From Azolla caroliniana (taxonomy: Eukaryota; Plantae; Polypodiophyta), in contig JBHGNT010000015.1 in the NCBI GenBank assembly GCA_043228905.1, forward strand, positions 1 through 64,000: a stretch of 64,000 nt of DNA, in the 5' to 3' direction. The translations under genes and the position numbers were made by a program. This document shows positions 15,001 through 27,119 of this stretch, piece by piece. The notes beneath the pieces are model-generated. The model did no database searches. It was given only the letters and a program-made list of their open reading frames with translations, and was not told where the DNA came from. Positions within the stretch are counted from its first letter, which is position 1. Each line of letters starts with the position of its first letter.

Positions 15001-18000
15001 CACCTCCTTCCTCATCTTTGCTAATTTGTTAATATCTCTCGACCTGAGTTTCGAAATCTTGATTTTTTAATTCTATATCATAGCTAGCTATGTTAGCTTC
15101 GATTCGCATTTTTGAACACAAAAATCCGATATCCCACAACCCTGGCATGAACATTTTAATTTACTCATGGGGTCTTCTCCACTACCTTCTCAAATTTGCT
15201 AATTTCTTCATGTCTCTCGACCTGAGTTTCAAAATCTTGATTTTTTAATTCTATATCATAGCGAGCGTTGTTAGCTTCGATTCGCATGTTTGGACACGAA
15301 AATCCGATATCACACGTGCCAGGTATGAACATTTTAATTTACTCACGGGGTTTTCTCCACTACCTCCTCCAATTTGCTATTTTCGTCATGTCTCTAGACC
15401 TGTATTTCAAAATTATAATTTTCCAATTCAATATCATAGCTAGCGTTGCTAGCTTCGATTCTCATGTTTGAACACAAAAATCCGATATCACACAAGCCAG
15501 CTAATTTACTCACGGGGTCTTCTCCACTACCTTCTCAAATTTGCTAACTGGTTCATGTCTATTGACTTGAGTTTCAAAATCTTGATTTTTTAATTCCATA
15601 TCATAGCTAGTGTTGTTAGCTTCGATTCGCATGTTTGAACATAAAAATCTGATATCACACGAGCCAGGTATGAACATTTTAATTTACTCACGCGGTTTTC
15701 TCAACTCCTTCCTCAAGTTTGCTAATTTCTTCATGTCTGTCGACCTAAGTTTCAAAATTATAATGTTTCAATTCAATATCATAGCTAGCGTTGCTAGCTT
15801 CGATTCTCATGTTTGAACGCAAAAATCCGATATCACACGAGCCAGAAATGAACATTTTAATTTACTCACCGGGTCTTCTCACCTCCTTCCTCATCTTTGC
15901 TAATTTGTTAATATCTCTCGACCTGAGTTTCGAAATCTTGATTTTTTAATTCTATATCATAGCTAGCGATGTTAGCTTCGATTCGCATTTTTGAACACAA
16001 AAATCCGATATCCCACAAGCCAGGTATTAACATTTTGAATTACTCACGCGGTCTTCTCAACTCCTTCCTCAAATTTGCTAATTTCTTCATGTCTGTCGGC
16101 CTGAATTTCAAAATCTTGATTTTTTAATTCGATATCATAGCTAGCGTTGTTACCTTTGATGCCCATGTTTGAACACAAAAATCCGATATCACACGAGCCA
16201 GGTATGAACATTTTAATTTACTCACGGGGTCTTCTCAACTCCTTCCTCTAATTTGATAATTATTTCATGTCTCTCGACCTGAGTTTGACAATCTTGATTT
16301 TTTGATTCCATATCATAGCTAGCATTGTTAGCTTCGATTCGCAATTTTGAACACAAAAATCCGATATCATAAAAGCCAGGTATAAACATATTAATTTACT
16401 CACGGGGTCTTCTCCACTACCTATTCAAATTTGCTAACTTCATCAAGTCTCTAGAGCGGTGTTTCAAAATGTTAACTTTTCAATTCAATATCATAGCTAG
16501 CGTTGTTAGCTTCGATTCGGATGTTTGAACACAAACATTCGATATCACACGAGCTAGGTATGAACATTTTAAATTACTCACGGGGTCTTCTAAACTCCTT
16601 CCTCAAATTTGCTAATTTCCTCATGTCTCTCGACCTGAGTTTCAAAATCTTGATTTTTTAATTCTATATCATAGCTAGCGTTGTTAGCTTCGATTCGCAT
16701 TTTTGAACACAGAAATCCGATTTCCCAGAAGCCAGGTATGAACATTCTAATTTACTCATGGGGTCTTCTCCACTACCTTCTCAAATTTCCTAATTACAGC
16801 ATATCTCTTGACCTAAGTTTCAAAATCTTGATTTTTTAATTTCTATATCATAGCTAGCGTTGCTAGCTTCGATTCTCATGTTTGAACACAAAAATCCGAT
16901 ATCACACGAGCCAGCTATGAACATTTTAATTTACTCACCGGGTCTTCTCACCTCCTTCCTCATCTTTGCTAATTTGTTAATATCTCTCGACCTGAGTTTC
17001 GAAATTTTGATTTTTTAATTCTATATCATAGCTAGCGTTGTTAGCTTCGATTCGCATTTTTGAACACAAAAATCCGATATCCCACAAGCCAGGCATGAAC
17101 ATTTTAATTTACTCACGGGGTCTTGTCCACTACCTCCTCAAATTTGCTAATTTTGTCATGTCTCTCGACCTATGTTTCAAAATTATAAATTTTCTTCGAT
17201 TCTCATGTTTGAACACAAAAATCCGATATCACAAAAGCCAGGTATAAACATATTAATTTACTCACGGGGTCTTCTCCACTACCTATTCAAATGTGCTAAC
17301 TTCGTCAAATCTCTAGACCAGTGTTTCAAAATGATAATTTTTCAATTCAATATCATACCTAGCGTTGTTAGCTTCGATTCACATGTTTGAACACAAAAAT
17401 CCGATATCACACGAGCCAGGTATTAACATTTTAAATTACTCACGCGGTCTTCTCAACTCCTTCCTCAAATTTGCTAATTTCTTCATGTCTCTCGGCCTGA
17501 ATTTCAAAATCTTGATTTTTTTATTCGATATCATAGCTAGCATTGTTACCTTCGATTCCCATGTTTGAACACAAAAATCGGATATCACACGAGCCAGGTA
17601 TGAACATTTTAATTTACTCACGGGGTCTTCTCAACTCCTTCCTCAAATTTGCTAATTTCTTCATGTCTCTCGACCTGAGTTTGACAATCTTGATTTTTTG
17701 ATTCCATATCATAGCTAGCATTGTTAGCTTCGATTCGCAATTTTGAACACAAAAATCCGATATCACAAAAGCCAGGTATAAACATATTAATTTACTCACG
17801 GGGTCTTCTCCACTACCTATTCAAATTTGCTAACTTCGTCAAGTCTCTAGACCGGTGTTTCAAAATGATAATTTTTCAATTCGATATCATAGCTAGCGTT
17901 GTTAGCTTCGATTCGCATGTTTGAACACAAAAATCCGATATCACAGGAGCCAGGTATGAACATTTTAATTTATTCACGGGGTCTTCTCCACTACCTCCTC

Positions 18001-21000
18001 AATTTTGCTAATTTCGTCATGTCTCTAGACCTGTATTTCAGAATTATAATTTTTCAATTCAATATCATAGCTAGCGTTGCTAGCTTCGATTCTCAAGTTT
18101 GAACAAAAAAATCCGATATCACACGAGCCAGATATGAACATTTTAATTTACTCACCGGGTCTTCTTAACTCCTTCCTCAAATTTGCTAATTTCCTCAGGT
18201 CTCTCGATCTGAGTTTCAAAATCTTGATTTTTTAATTCTATATCATAGCTAGCGTTGTTAGCTTCGATTCGCATTTTTGAACACAGAAATCCGATTTCCC
18301 ACAAGCCAGGTATGAACATTTTAATTTACTCACGGGGTCTTCTCCACTACCTTCTCAAATTTGCTAATTTCTTCATGTCTCTCGACCTGAGTTTCAAAAT
18401 CTTGATTTTTTAATTCCATATTATAGCTAGCGTTGTTAGCTTCGATTCGCATGTTTGAACACAAAAATCGGATATCACACGAGCCAGGTATGAACATTTT
18501 AATTTACTCACGGGGTCTTCTCCACTACCTCCTCAAATTTGGTAATTTCGTCATGTCTCTAGACCTGTATCTCGAAATTATAATTTTCCAATTCAATATC
18601 ATAGCTAGCATTGCTAGCTTCGATTCTCATGTTTGAACACAAAAATCCAATATCACACGAGCTAGATATGAAGATTTTAATTTACTCACCGGGTCTTCTC
18701 AACTCCATCCTCAAATTTGCTAATTTCCTCATATCTCTCGATCTGAGTTTCAAAATCTTGATTTTTTAATTCTATATCATAGCTAGTGTTGTTAGCTTCG
18801 ATTCGCATGTTTGAACATAAAAATCTGATATCACACGAGCCATGTATGAACATTTTAATTTACTCACGGGGTTTTCTCAACTCCTTCCTCAAATCTACTA
18901 ATTTCTTCATGTCTGTCGACCTGAGTTTCAAAACCTTGATTTTTTAATTCTATATAATAGCTAGCGTTGTTAGCTTCGATTCGCATGTTTGAACACAGAA
19001 AGCCGATATCACACGTGCTAGGTATGAACATTCTAATTTACTCACGGGGTCTTCTCCACTACCTCCTCAAATTTGCTAGTTTCCTCATGTCTCTCGATCT
19101 GAGTTTCAAAATCTTGATTTTATAATTTTGTATGATAGCTAGCGTTGTATGATAGCTAGCGTCATGTCTCTGGAGCTGTATTTCAAAATTATAATTTTTT
19201 CAATTTAATATCATAGCTAGCGTTGCTAGCTTCGATTCGCATGTTTGAACACAAACATCCGATACCACACGAGCCAGGTATGAACATTTTAAATTACTGA
19301 CGGGGTCTTCTAAACTCCTTCCTCAAATTTGCTAATTTCCTCATGTCTCTCGACCTGAGTTTCAAAATCTTGATTTTTTAATTCTATATCATAGCTAGCG
19401 TTGTTAGCTTCGATTCGCATTTTTGAACACCAAAATCCGATTTCCCACAAGCCAGGTATGAACATTCCAATTTACTCATGGGGTCTTCTCCACTACCTTC
19501 TCAAATTTCCTAATTTCTTCATATCTCTCGACCTGTGTTTCAAAATCTTGATTTTTAATTTCTATATCATAGCTAGCGTTGCTAGCTTCGATTCTCATGT
19601 TTGAACACAAAAATCCGATATCACACGAGCCAGCTATGCACATTTTAATTTACTCACCGGGTCTTCTCAACTCCTTCCTCATCTTTGCTAATTTCTTCAT
19701 ATCTCTCGACCTGAGTTTCAAAATCTTGATTTTTTAATTCTATATCATAGCTAGCGTTGCTAGATTCGATTCTCATGTTTGAACACAAAAATCCGATATC
19801 ACACGAGCTAGATATGAACATTTTAATTTACTCACCGGGTCTTCTCAACTCCTTCCTCAAATTTGCTAATTTCCTCATGTCTCTCGATCTGAGTTTCAAA
19901 ATCTTGATTTTTTAATTCTATATCATAGCTAGCGTTGTTAGCTTCGATTCGCATTTTTGAACACAAAAATCCGATTTCCCACAAGCCAGGTATGAACATT
20001 TTAAATTACTCACGGGGTCTTCTCCACTACCTTCTCAAATTTGCTAATTTCTTCATGTCTCTCGACCTGAGTTTCAAAATCTTGATTTTTTAATTCCATA
20101 TCATAGCTAGTATTGTTAGATTCGAGTCGCATGTTTGAACACAAAAATCCGATATCACACGAGCCAGGTATGAACATTTTAATTTACTCACGGGGTCTTC
20201 TCCACTACCTCCTCAAATTTGCTAATTTCGTCATGTCTCTAGACCTGTATTTCAAAATTATAATTTTTCAATTCAATATCATAGCTAGCGTTACTAGCTT
20301 CGATTCTCATGTTTGAACACAAAAATCGGATATCACAAAAGCCAGGTATAAACATATTAATTTACTCACGGGGTCTTCTCCACTACCTATTCAAATTTGC
20401 TAACTTCGTCAAGTCTCTAGACCGGTGTTTCAAAATGATAATTTTTCAATTCCATATCATAGCTAGCGTTGTTAGCTTCGATTCGCATGTTTGAACACAA
20501 ACATCCGATATCACACGAGCCAGGTATGAACATTTTAAATTACTCATGGGGTCTTCTAAACTCCTTCCTCAAATTTGCTAATTTCCTCATGTCTCTCGAT
20601 CTAAGTTTCAAAATCTTGATTTTTTAATTATGTATGATAGCTAGGGTTGTTAGCTTCGATTCGCATGTTTGAACACAAAAATCCGATTTCCCACAAGCCA
20701 GGTATGAACATTCTAATTAACTCATGGGGTCTTCTCCACTACCTTCTCAAATTTGCTAATTTCTTCGTGTCTCTCGACCTGAGTTTCAAAATCTTGATTT
20801 TTTAATTCCAGATCATAGCTAGTGTTGTTAGGTTCGATTCGCATGTTTGAACACAAAAATCCGATACCACACGAGCCAGGTATGAACATTTTAATTTACT
20901 CACGGGGTCTTCTCCACGACCTCCTCAAATTTGCTAGTTTCCTCATGTCTCTCGATCTGAGTTTCAAAATCTTGATTTTTTAATTTTGTATGATAGCTAG

Positions 21001-22160
21001 CGCTGTTAGCTTCGATTCGCATGTTTGAACACAAAAATTCGATTTCCCACAAGCCAGGTATGAACATTTTAAATTACTCACGGGGTCTTCTCCACTACCT
21101 TCTCAAATTTGCTAATTTCTTCATGTCTCTCGACCTGAGTTTCAAAATCTTGATTTTTTAATTCCAGATCATAGCTAGTGTTGTTAGCTTCAATTCGCAT
21201 GTTTGAACACAAAAATCCAATATCACACGAGCCAGGTATGAACATTTTAATTTACTCACGGGGTCTTCTCCACTACCTCCTCAAATTTGCTAGTTTCCTC
21301 ATGTCTCTCGATCTGAGTTTCAAAATCTTGATTTTTTAATTTTGTATGATAGCTAGCGTTGTTAGCTTCGATTCGCATGTTTGAACACAAAAATTCGATT
21401 TCCCACAAGCCAGGTATGAACATTCTAATTTACTCATGGGGTTTTCTCTACTACCTTCTCAAATTTGCTAATTTCTTCGTGTCTCTCGACCTGAGTTTCA
21501 AAATCTTGATTTTTTAATTCCAGATCATAGCTAGCGTTGTTAGCTTCGATTCACATGTTTGAACACAAAAATCCGATATCACACCAGCCAGGTATGAACA
21601 TTTTACTTTACTCACGGGGTCTTCTCCACTACCTCCTCAATTTTACTAATTTCGTCATGTCTCTAGAGCTGTATTTCAAAATTATAATTTTTCAATTCAA
21701 TATCATAGCTAGCGTTGCTAGCTTCGATTCTCATGTTTGAACACAAAAATCCGATATCACACGACCCAGATATGAACATTTTAATTTACTCACCGGGTCT
21801 TCTCAACTCCTTCCTCAAATTTGCTAATTTCTTCATATCTCTCGATCTGAGTTTTAAAATCTTGATTTTTTAATTCCATATCATAGCTAGCGTTGTTAGC
21901 TTCGATTCGCATGTTTGAACACAAAAATCCGATATCACACGAGCCAGGTATTAACATTTTAAATTGCTCACGGGGTCTTCTCAACTCCTTCCTCAAATTT
22001 GCTAATTTCTTCATGTCTCTCAACCTGAGTTTCAAAATCTTGATTTTTTAATTCGATATCATAGCTAGCGTTGTTACCTTCGATTCCCATGTTTGAACAC
22101 AAAAACCCGATATCACACGAGCCAGATATAAACATTTTAATTTACTCACGGGGTCTTCTC
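1..22160. repeat. 178-bp satellite array, subtype A (centromere-like; most homogeneous layer)
   Basis: Head-to-tail monomer ~TTCGATTCGCATGTTTGAACACAAAAATCCGATATCACACGAGCCAGGTATGAACATTTTAATTTACTCACGGGGTCTTCTCCACTACCTTCTCAAATTTGCTAATTTCTTCATGTCTCTCGACCTGAGTTTCAAAATCTTGATTTTTTAATTCTATATCATAGCTAGCGTTGTTAGC; 178-bp period (e.g. ORF starts 17721/17899). Centromere function is not shown by sequence. Confidence 0.97.
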
Positions 22161-24314
22161 AACATTTTAATTTACTCTTGTCTATGCCCTCCTCAACTTT
22201 GCTTTTTTCTCCATGACTCTCGACCTGAGATTCCAAATCATGACTTGGCAAGTGTATATCATAGCTAATGTTGCTAGCTTTTATTCACATGTTTAAAAAT
22301 CAGATACACATGCCCTCTAGTCTGCGCCCTCTTCAACTTTGCTATTTTATCTAGGACTCTTGATCTCAGTTTCTAAATCATTATTTTGCAATTCTATCTC
22401 ATAGCTAGTGTTAGTAGCTTCGATTAGCATGTTTGAACACAAAAAACCGATATTAGACGAGCGAGGTATAAACATTTTCATTTACTTATGCTCTCTTGCC
22501 TCAGCCCTCCTCAACTTTGATTTTTTATCCAGGACTCTCGACCTGAGTTTCAAAATTATGATTTGACCAGTCTATATCATAGCTAGTGTTTCTAACTTCG
22601 ATTCGCAAGTTTGAACACAAAAATCCGATATCACATGAGCCAGGTATAAACATTTTCATTCACTCACGCGTTCTTGTCTACGCACTCCTCAACATTGCTT
22701 TTTTATCTAGGAATCTCGACCTGATTTTCAAAATCATGATTTTGAAATTCTATATCCTAGCTAGTGCTTGTAGCTTCAATTCGATTGTTTGAACACAAAA
22801 ATCCAATATTACACGAGCCATGTATGACCATTTTCAGTTACTCAGACTCTCTTGCCTACGCCCTCCTCAACTTTGCTTTTCTCTCCATGACTCTCGACCT
22901 CAATTTCGAAATCATGATTTTGAAATTCTATATCATAGCTAGTGTTGCTAGCTTCGATTCGCATGTTTAAAGACAAAAATCAGATTGCACATAAACTAGG
23001 TATGAATATTTTCATTTACTCACGCGCTCTTGTCTACGTACTCCTCAACTTTTGTTTTTTCTCCATGACTCTCGACCTGAGTTTCAGAATCACGATTTTG
23101 CAATTCTTTATCCTAGCTAGTGCTTCTAGCTTATATTCGCATGTTTGAACACAAAAATCCGATATCACCCAACCCAGGCATGAACATGTTCAATTACTCA
23201 CGAGCTCTTGTCTATGCCCTCCTCAACTTTGCTTTTTTCTGCATGACTCTCGACCTCAGTTTCAAAATCATGATTTGCCAATTCTATATCATAGCTAGTG
23301 TTTCTAGCTTTGATTCGAATGTTTAAACACAAAAATCGAATATCACAGGAGCCAGGTATGAACATTTTCATTCACTTACGCGCTCTTGTCTATGCAGCCC
23401 TCAACTTTCCTATTTTCTTCATGACTCTCGACCTGTGTTTCAAAATCATGATTTTGAAATTCTATATCATAGCTAGTGCTTCTATCTTCGATTCACATGA
23501 TTGAACACAAAAATCCGATATTACACGAGCCAGGTATGCACATTTTAAGTTACTCAGGCTCTCTTTTCTACGCCCTCCTCAACTTTGCTTTTTTCTCCAT
23601 GACTCTCGACCTGAGTTTCAAAATCATGATTTTACAATTCTATATCATAGCTAGTTTTGCTAGCTTTGATTCTCATGTTTGAACACAAAAATCCGATATC
23701 ACACCAGCCAGGTATGAGCATTTTCAGTTACTCAGGCTCTCTTGTCTACGCCCTCCTCAACTTTGGTTTTTTCTCCATGACTCTCGACCTGAGTTTCAAA
23801 ATCATGATTTTACAATTCTATGTCATAGCTAGTGTTGCTAGCTTCGATTCTCATGTTTGAACACAAAAATCCGATATTACACGATCCAGGTATGAACATT
23901 TTCATTTACTCATGCCCTCTTGTCTACGCCCTCCTCAACTTTACTTTTTTCTCCATGACTCTCGACCTGAGATTCCAAATCATGATTTGGCAAGTGTATA
24001 TCATAGCTAATGTTGCTAGCTTTGATTCACATGTTTAAAAATCAGATACACATGCGCTCTAGTCTACGCCCTCTTCAACTTTGCTATTTTATCTAGGACT
24101 CTTTACCTCAGTTTCAAAATCATTATTTTGCAATTCTATCTCATAGCTAGTGTTAGTAGCTTCGATTAGCTTGTTTGAATACAAAAATCCGATATTAGAC
24201 GAGCCAGGTATAAACATTTTCATTTACTTATGCGCTCTTGCCTCAGCCCTCCTCAACTTTGCTTTTTTATCCAGGACTCTCGACCTGAGTTTCAAAATTA
24301 TGATTTGACCAGTC
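22161..24314. repeat. 178-bp satellite, subtype B (first block)
   Basis: Same backbone with diagnostic variants CATTTTCATTT, CGCGCTCTTGTCTACGCCCTCCTCAACTTTGCTTTTTTCTCCATGACTCTC; ORF starts 22586, 22764, 22942, 23120, 23298, 23476 are exactly 178 apart. Confidence 0.96.
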
Positions 24315-26887
24315 CACCAGCCGGCCCACTGCCACAAGTTGCTCTCCGGCCAAGGACAAGAAGTCATCCAATAACTCCTCCCGTATGGTCACAACGCGTT
24401 CCGTGTCAAGTTTGTAGAAGTTATCGCTGTCCTTTTGCCGGTTCTCCGCATCCGCTCGCAAGACCTGCAACTTGGGTGCCTACTTTGCCCATTTGGACCA
24501 CCACTGCACTGAACTTTCTTCAACTAACTTGTTCGTCCGGTCTCTCCATGTCAGTACAATATCTCGAATACGGTTAAGTCCCATCTTTGACTTCTCCTCT
24601 GTAACCTGCTTTTCATCCTTTAATTGCTTTATGAGGGTTGCGGTTGCCTTAGCTTGCCCCGTATATTGCATTAGTTGCGTCTAATAACTCGTCTGAACTC
24701 TGTTCAGAGCCATCTTTGCTCGTTCCATCTCCTCATGATGCTGCCGGGTAAGCTCCAGTTTGTCCTTCGCCGCTTCTGCCAACATCTTTGCCGCTTCGAC
24801 TCCCTTGGTCCTTTCATTTGCTAATGCCGTTGCCGTCCTGTGGACTTCATCTCGGAGTTCCCGCATCTTTTCTTACTGCCGGTCACCTTCTGCCATCAAT
24901 TTCTTGTGTTCTGCCTTTAGGTGCTTGTGATCGCGGTGCAACCTGTGAAAATCCTCCGTTTTCTGTTTCAGCCTCTGATTGATTTGGCATCGGGCCCAGT
25001 CCTCACGGTCCTTCTGTTGCTGGAGTTCTTGTTGGAGCCGCTCGATCTCGACTTCCGCCGATCGCCGGAGTTTGTCCCTTTCTTACAACAACTTGTCTTT
25101 TTCTTCCTTCAATCGGTCGTATGCTTGATGACTTTTCCATAGATTGTCCTCGGCTTTTCGAAGGTTCTCTGCCGTTTTCCGTTGCTCTTTCTTCGCTGCC
25201 TTCTTCAGGTCTCGTTCTCTACCCCTTAAGGCCTCTTGGGCTGCCAATTCTTCTCTGAGAGTGACGAGTTCTTGTTCTTGTGCCTTATTTGCATCCGGTG
25301 CTATTTCAGTTCTCGGCATCTTATTAGTCTGTTCATTCACCGGAGCCACCGGTTTTGGTAGTCTTGGTCCTTCTATGACTTGCTTAGCCGCCTCTGCTTT
25401 AGCGTGCGCAATTTCTACTTCCATGCTCCAGATCTTCGACTGGGCCTTCTCAAGTTCTTCGGTTGTGGCGAACAACTGGTTCCCCTGTGTTCTCTCCTCC
25501 ATTTCTATTTGGCACACAACCTTGGCCACGTGCTCGCCGATCCACCGTAGCCATTGACTGCCGATGCCTTTTTGTCGTGCCGGTTTTGGTTGTGGCATTG
25601 CATTTGTTCACGCCGGAAGCCCTTTTTGGATTCTTGACTGCAGTGACAACTCCTGCTCTTTCTGTGCTTGTTGCCCTAGTGAGGTAGGAAATTCAATTAC
25701 CGGTGCTTGGACCACCGACACTGCTGCTTCTTGCGGCAAAGGTAGCTCTTCCATCAGTTCTGGTTGAACCGGTTCCGCCTCCTTCCTTAGCTCCGGTCCC
25801 TCAGAGCGGGGTGTCGGTGCACTATCCTTCACCGGACCCGATTCGTCCCCCTTCTTCTCTGCATCGCTACGCTTCTGGCGACGCAAGAGGTTATCGGCGG
25901 GGTCTTCCTCTGCCTCCTCCTCTTGGGTCCTGATATTGATCTTCGTTGCTAAGGGGTCCAGCTTTTGTTCCTGTCGGCGCAGCTTGATTTTCAGAGGCCT
26001 TACGGGTGGCTCCACCGGTGTCTCTGTCTCTGCTTGCCTCTTCCAGCTAGGCGGTTCTTTCCCTTGCTGTGAGGTACCACCCTCTTTCCATCCAAGCGTG
26101 TGCTTGGCTAGAAGTTGTTGCCGTTTTGAAGGTTTGTTAGGCGTGGTCTCCGTTACTCGAACCCGCTTCTTAGTCCTTACCGGCTCCACCGGTGGCGCCA
26201 AAAGAGTCAGCCATTGAGCCACGACCGTCCATAATTTCTTGCTGTTCTGCACTGATTCTATTGCCGTCCGCAAACAATCGGCGATGATTACCGACCAATC
26301 CACTTGCACCCCTGTGTACATAGCAATGATGAAACCGGCTTTGTTCTTTGGCATTGCCGGGGGTCGGGGGTACACGAACCCATACTCGTGAAGGACACGA
26401 GCCACTTCTCTGAACAGGGGGTCCTCGCCGCCTGTGTCCAGTGAGCCTTAGTAATGAGGGAATACTCGCCAAAAAACTTGGTTAGTGTTTTAGGAGAAGG
26501 GTTCTCGATTGAGTAGATACCCCTTTCCAGTAGTCCGATTAGCACACGGATGACTTCCTCTGTTATGACCTCCGTGTCGATTTCCTGCACAACTTCTTCT
26601 ACTTCGTTGTGCGGCGGTGCCTCTGCTATCCTCAGGAAGCCTCCCAGCCCATGTTGGTTGAACCACTTCTTGGCTGTTTCAGAAAGTGCCATAGGTTCCA
26701 TCTCGTCTTCAGGTTTTGCGGGGGTAGGTAGGGTCGATGTGCTTGTCAGTGCTTCTTGTGTTCGTCTGTTCACTTGTATTTTCCTTTGTGTGCTCAGTGC
26801 TTTGTGTTCGCGAAATGAAAGAGACTCTGCGAGGCGGAGGTTTCTTGTTCCCATGCTTGGCGCCTTTCTCGATTCCCACGCATGCAC
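24315..26887 (-). pseudogene. Fragmented accessory ORF downstream of integrase (globular N-part, low-complexity linker, coiled-coil C-part)
   Basis: Chain of abutting or overlapping minus ORFs 26288-26887, 25608-26405, 25083-25598, 24681-24866, 24480-24671, 24267-24470; E/K/A/Q-rich heptad-like C-terminal half. Confidence 0.7.
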
Positions 26888-27119
26888 GTCGTGTACTATA
26901 ATAGCAACTGTGTGACACGTGGTGCGCTTTAACTAGGCTTTAAATAACCACTACACCTTTTCTAGGTGTCTGTTCATTCCTCGCCTTTGCATGATGATCT
27001 TTTTTTTTTTTTTTAGTTCCGGTTACCCGGTAACCCCGGCTCCCTTGACTGTTGTTCTTCATGTTTGCTGGCCAACTGCTTGCCACTGCCTATCTCCGGT
27101 TGATGAAACGGGTTCTATG

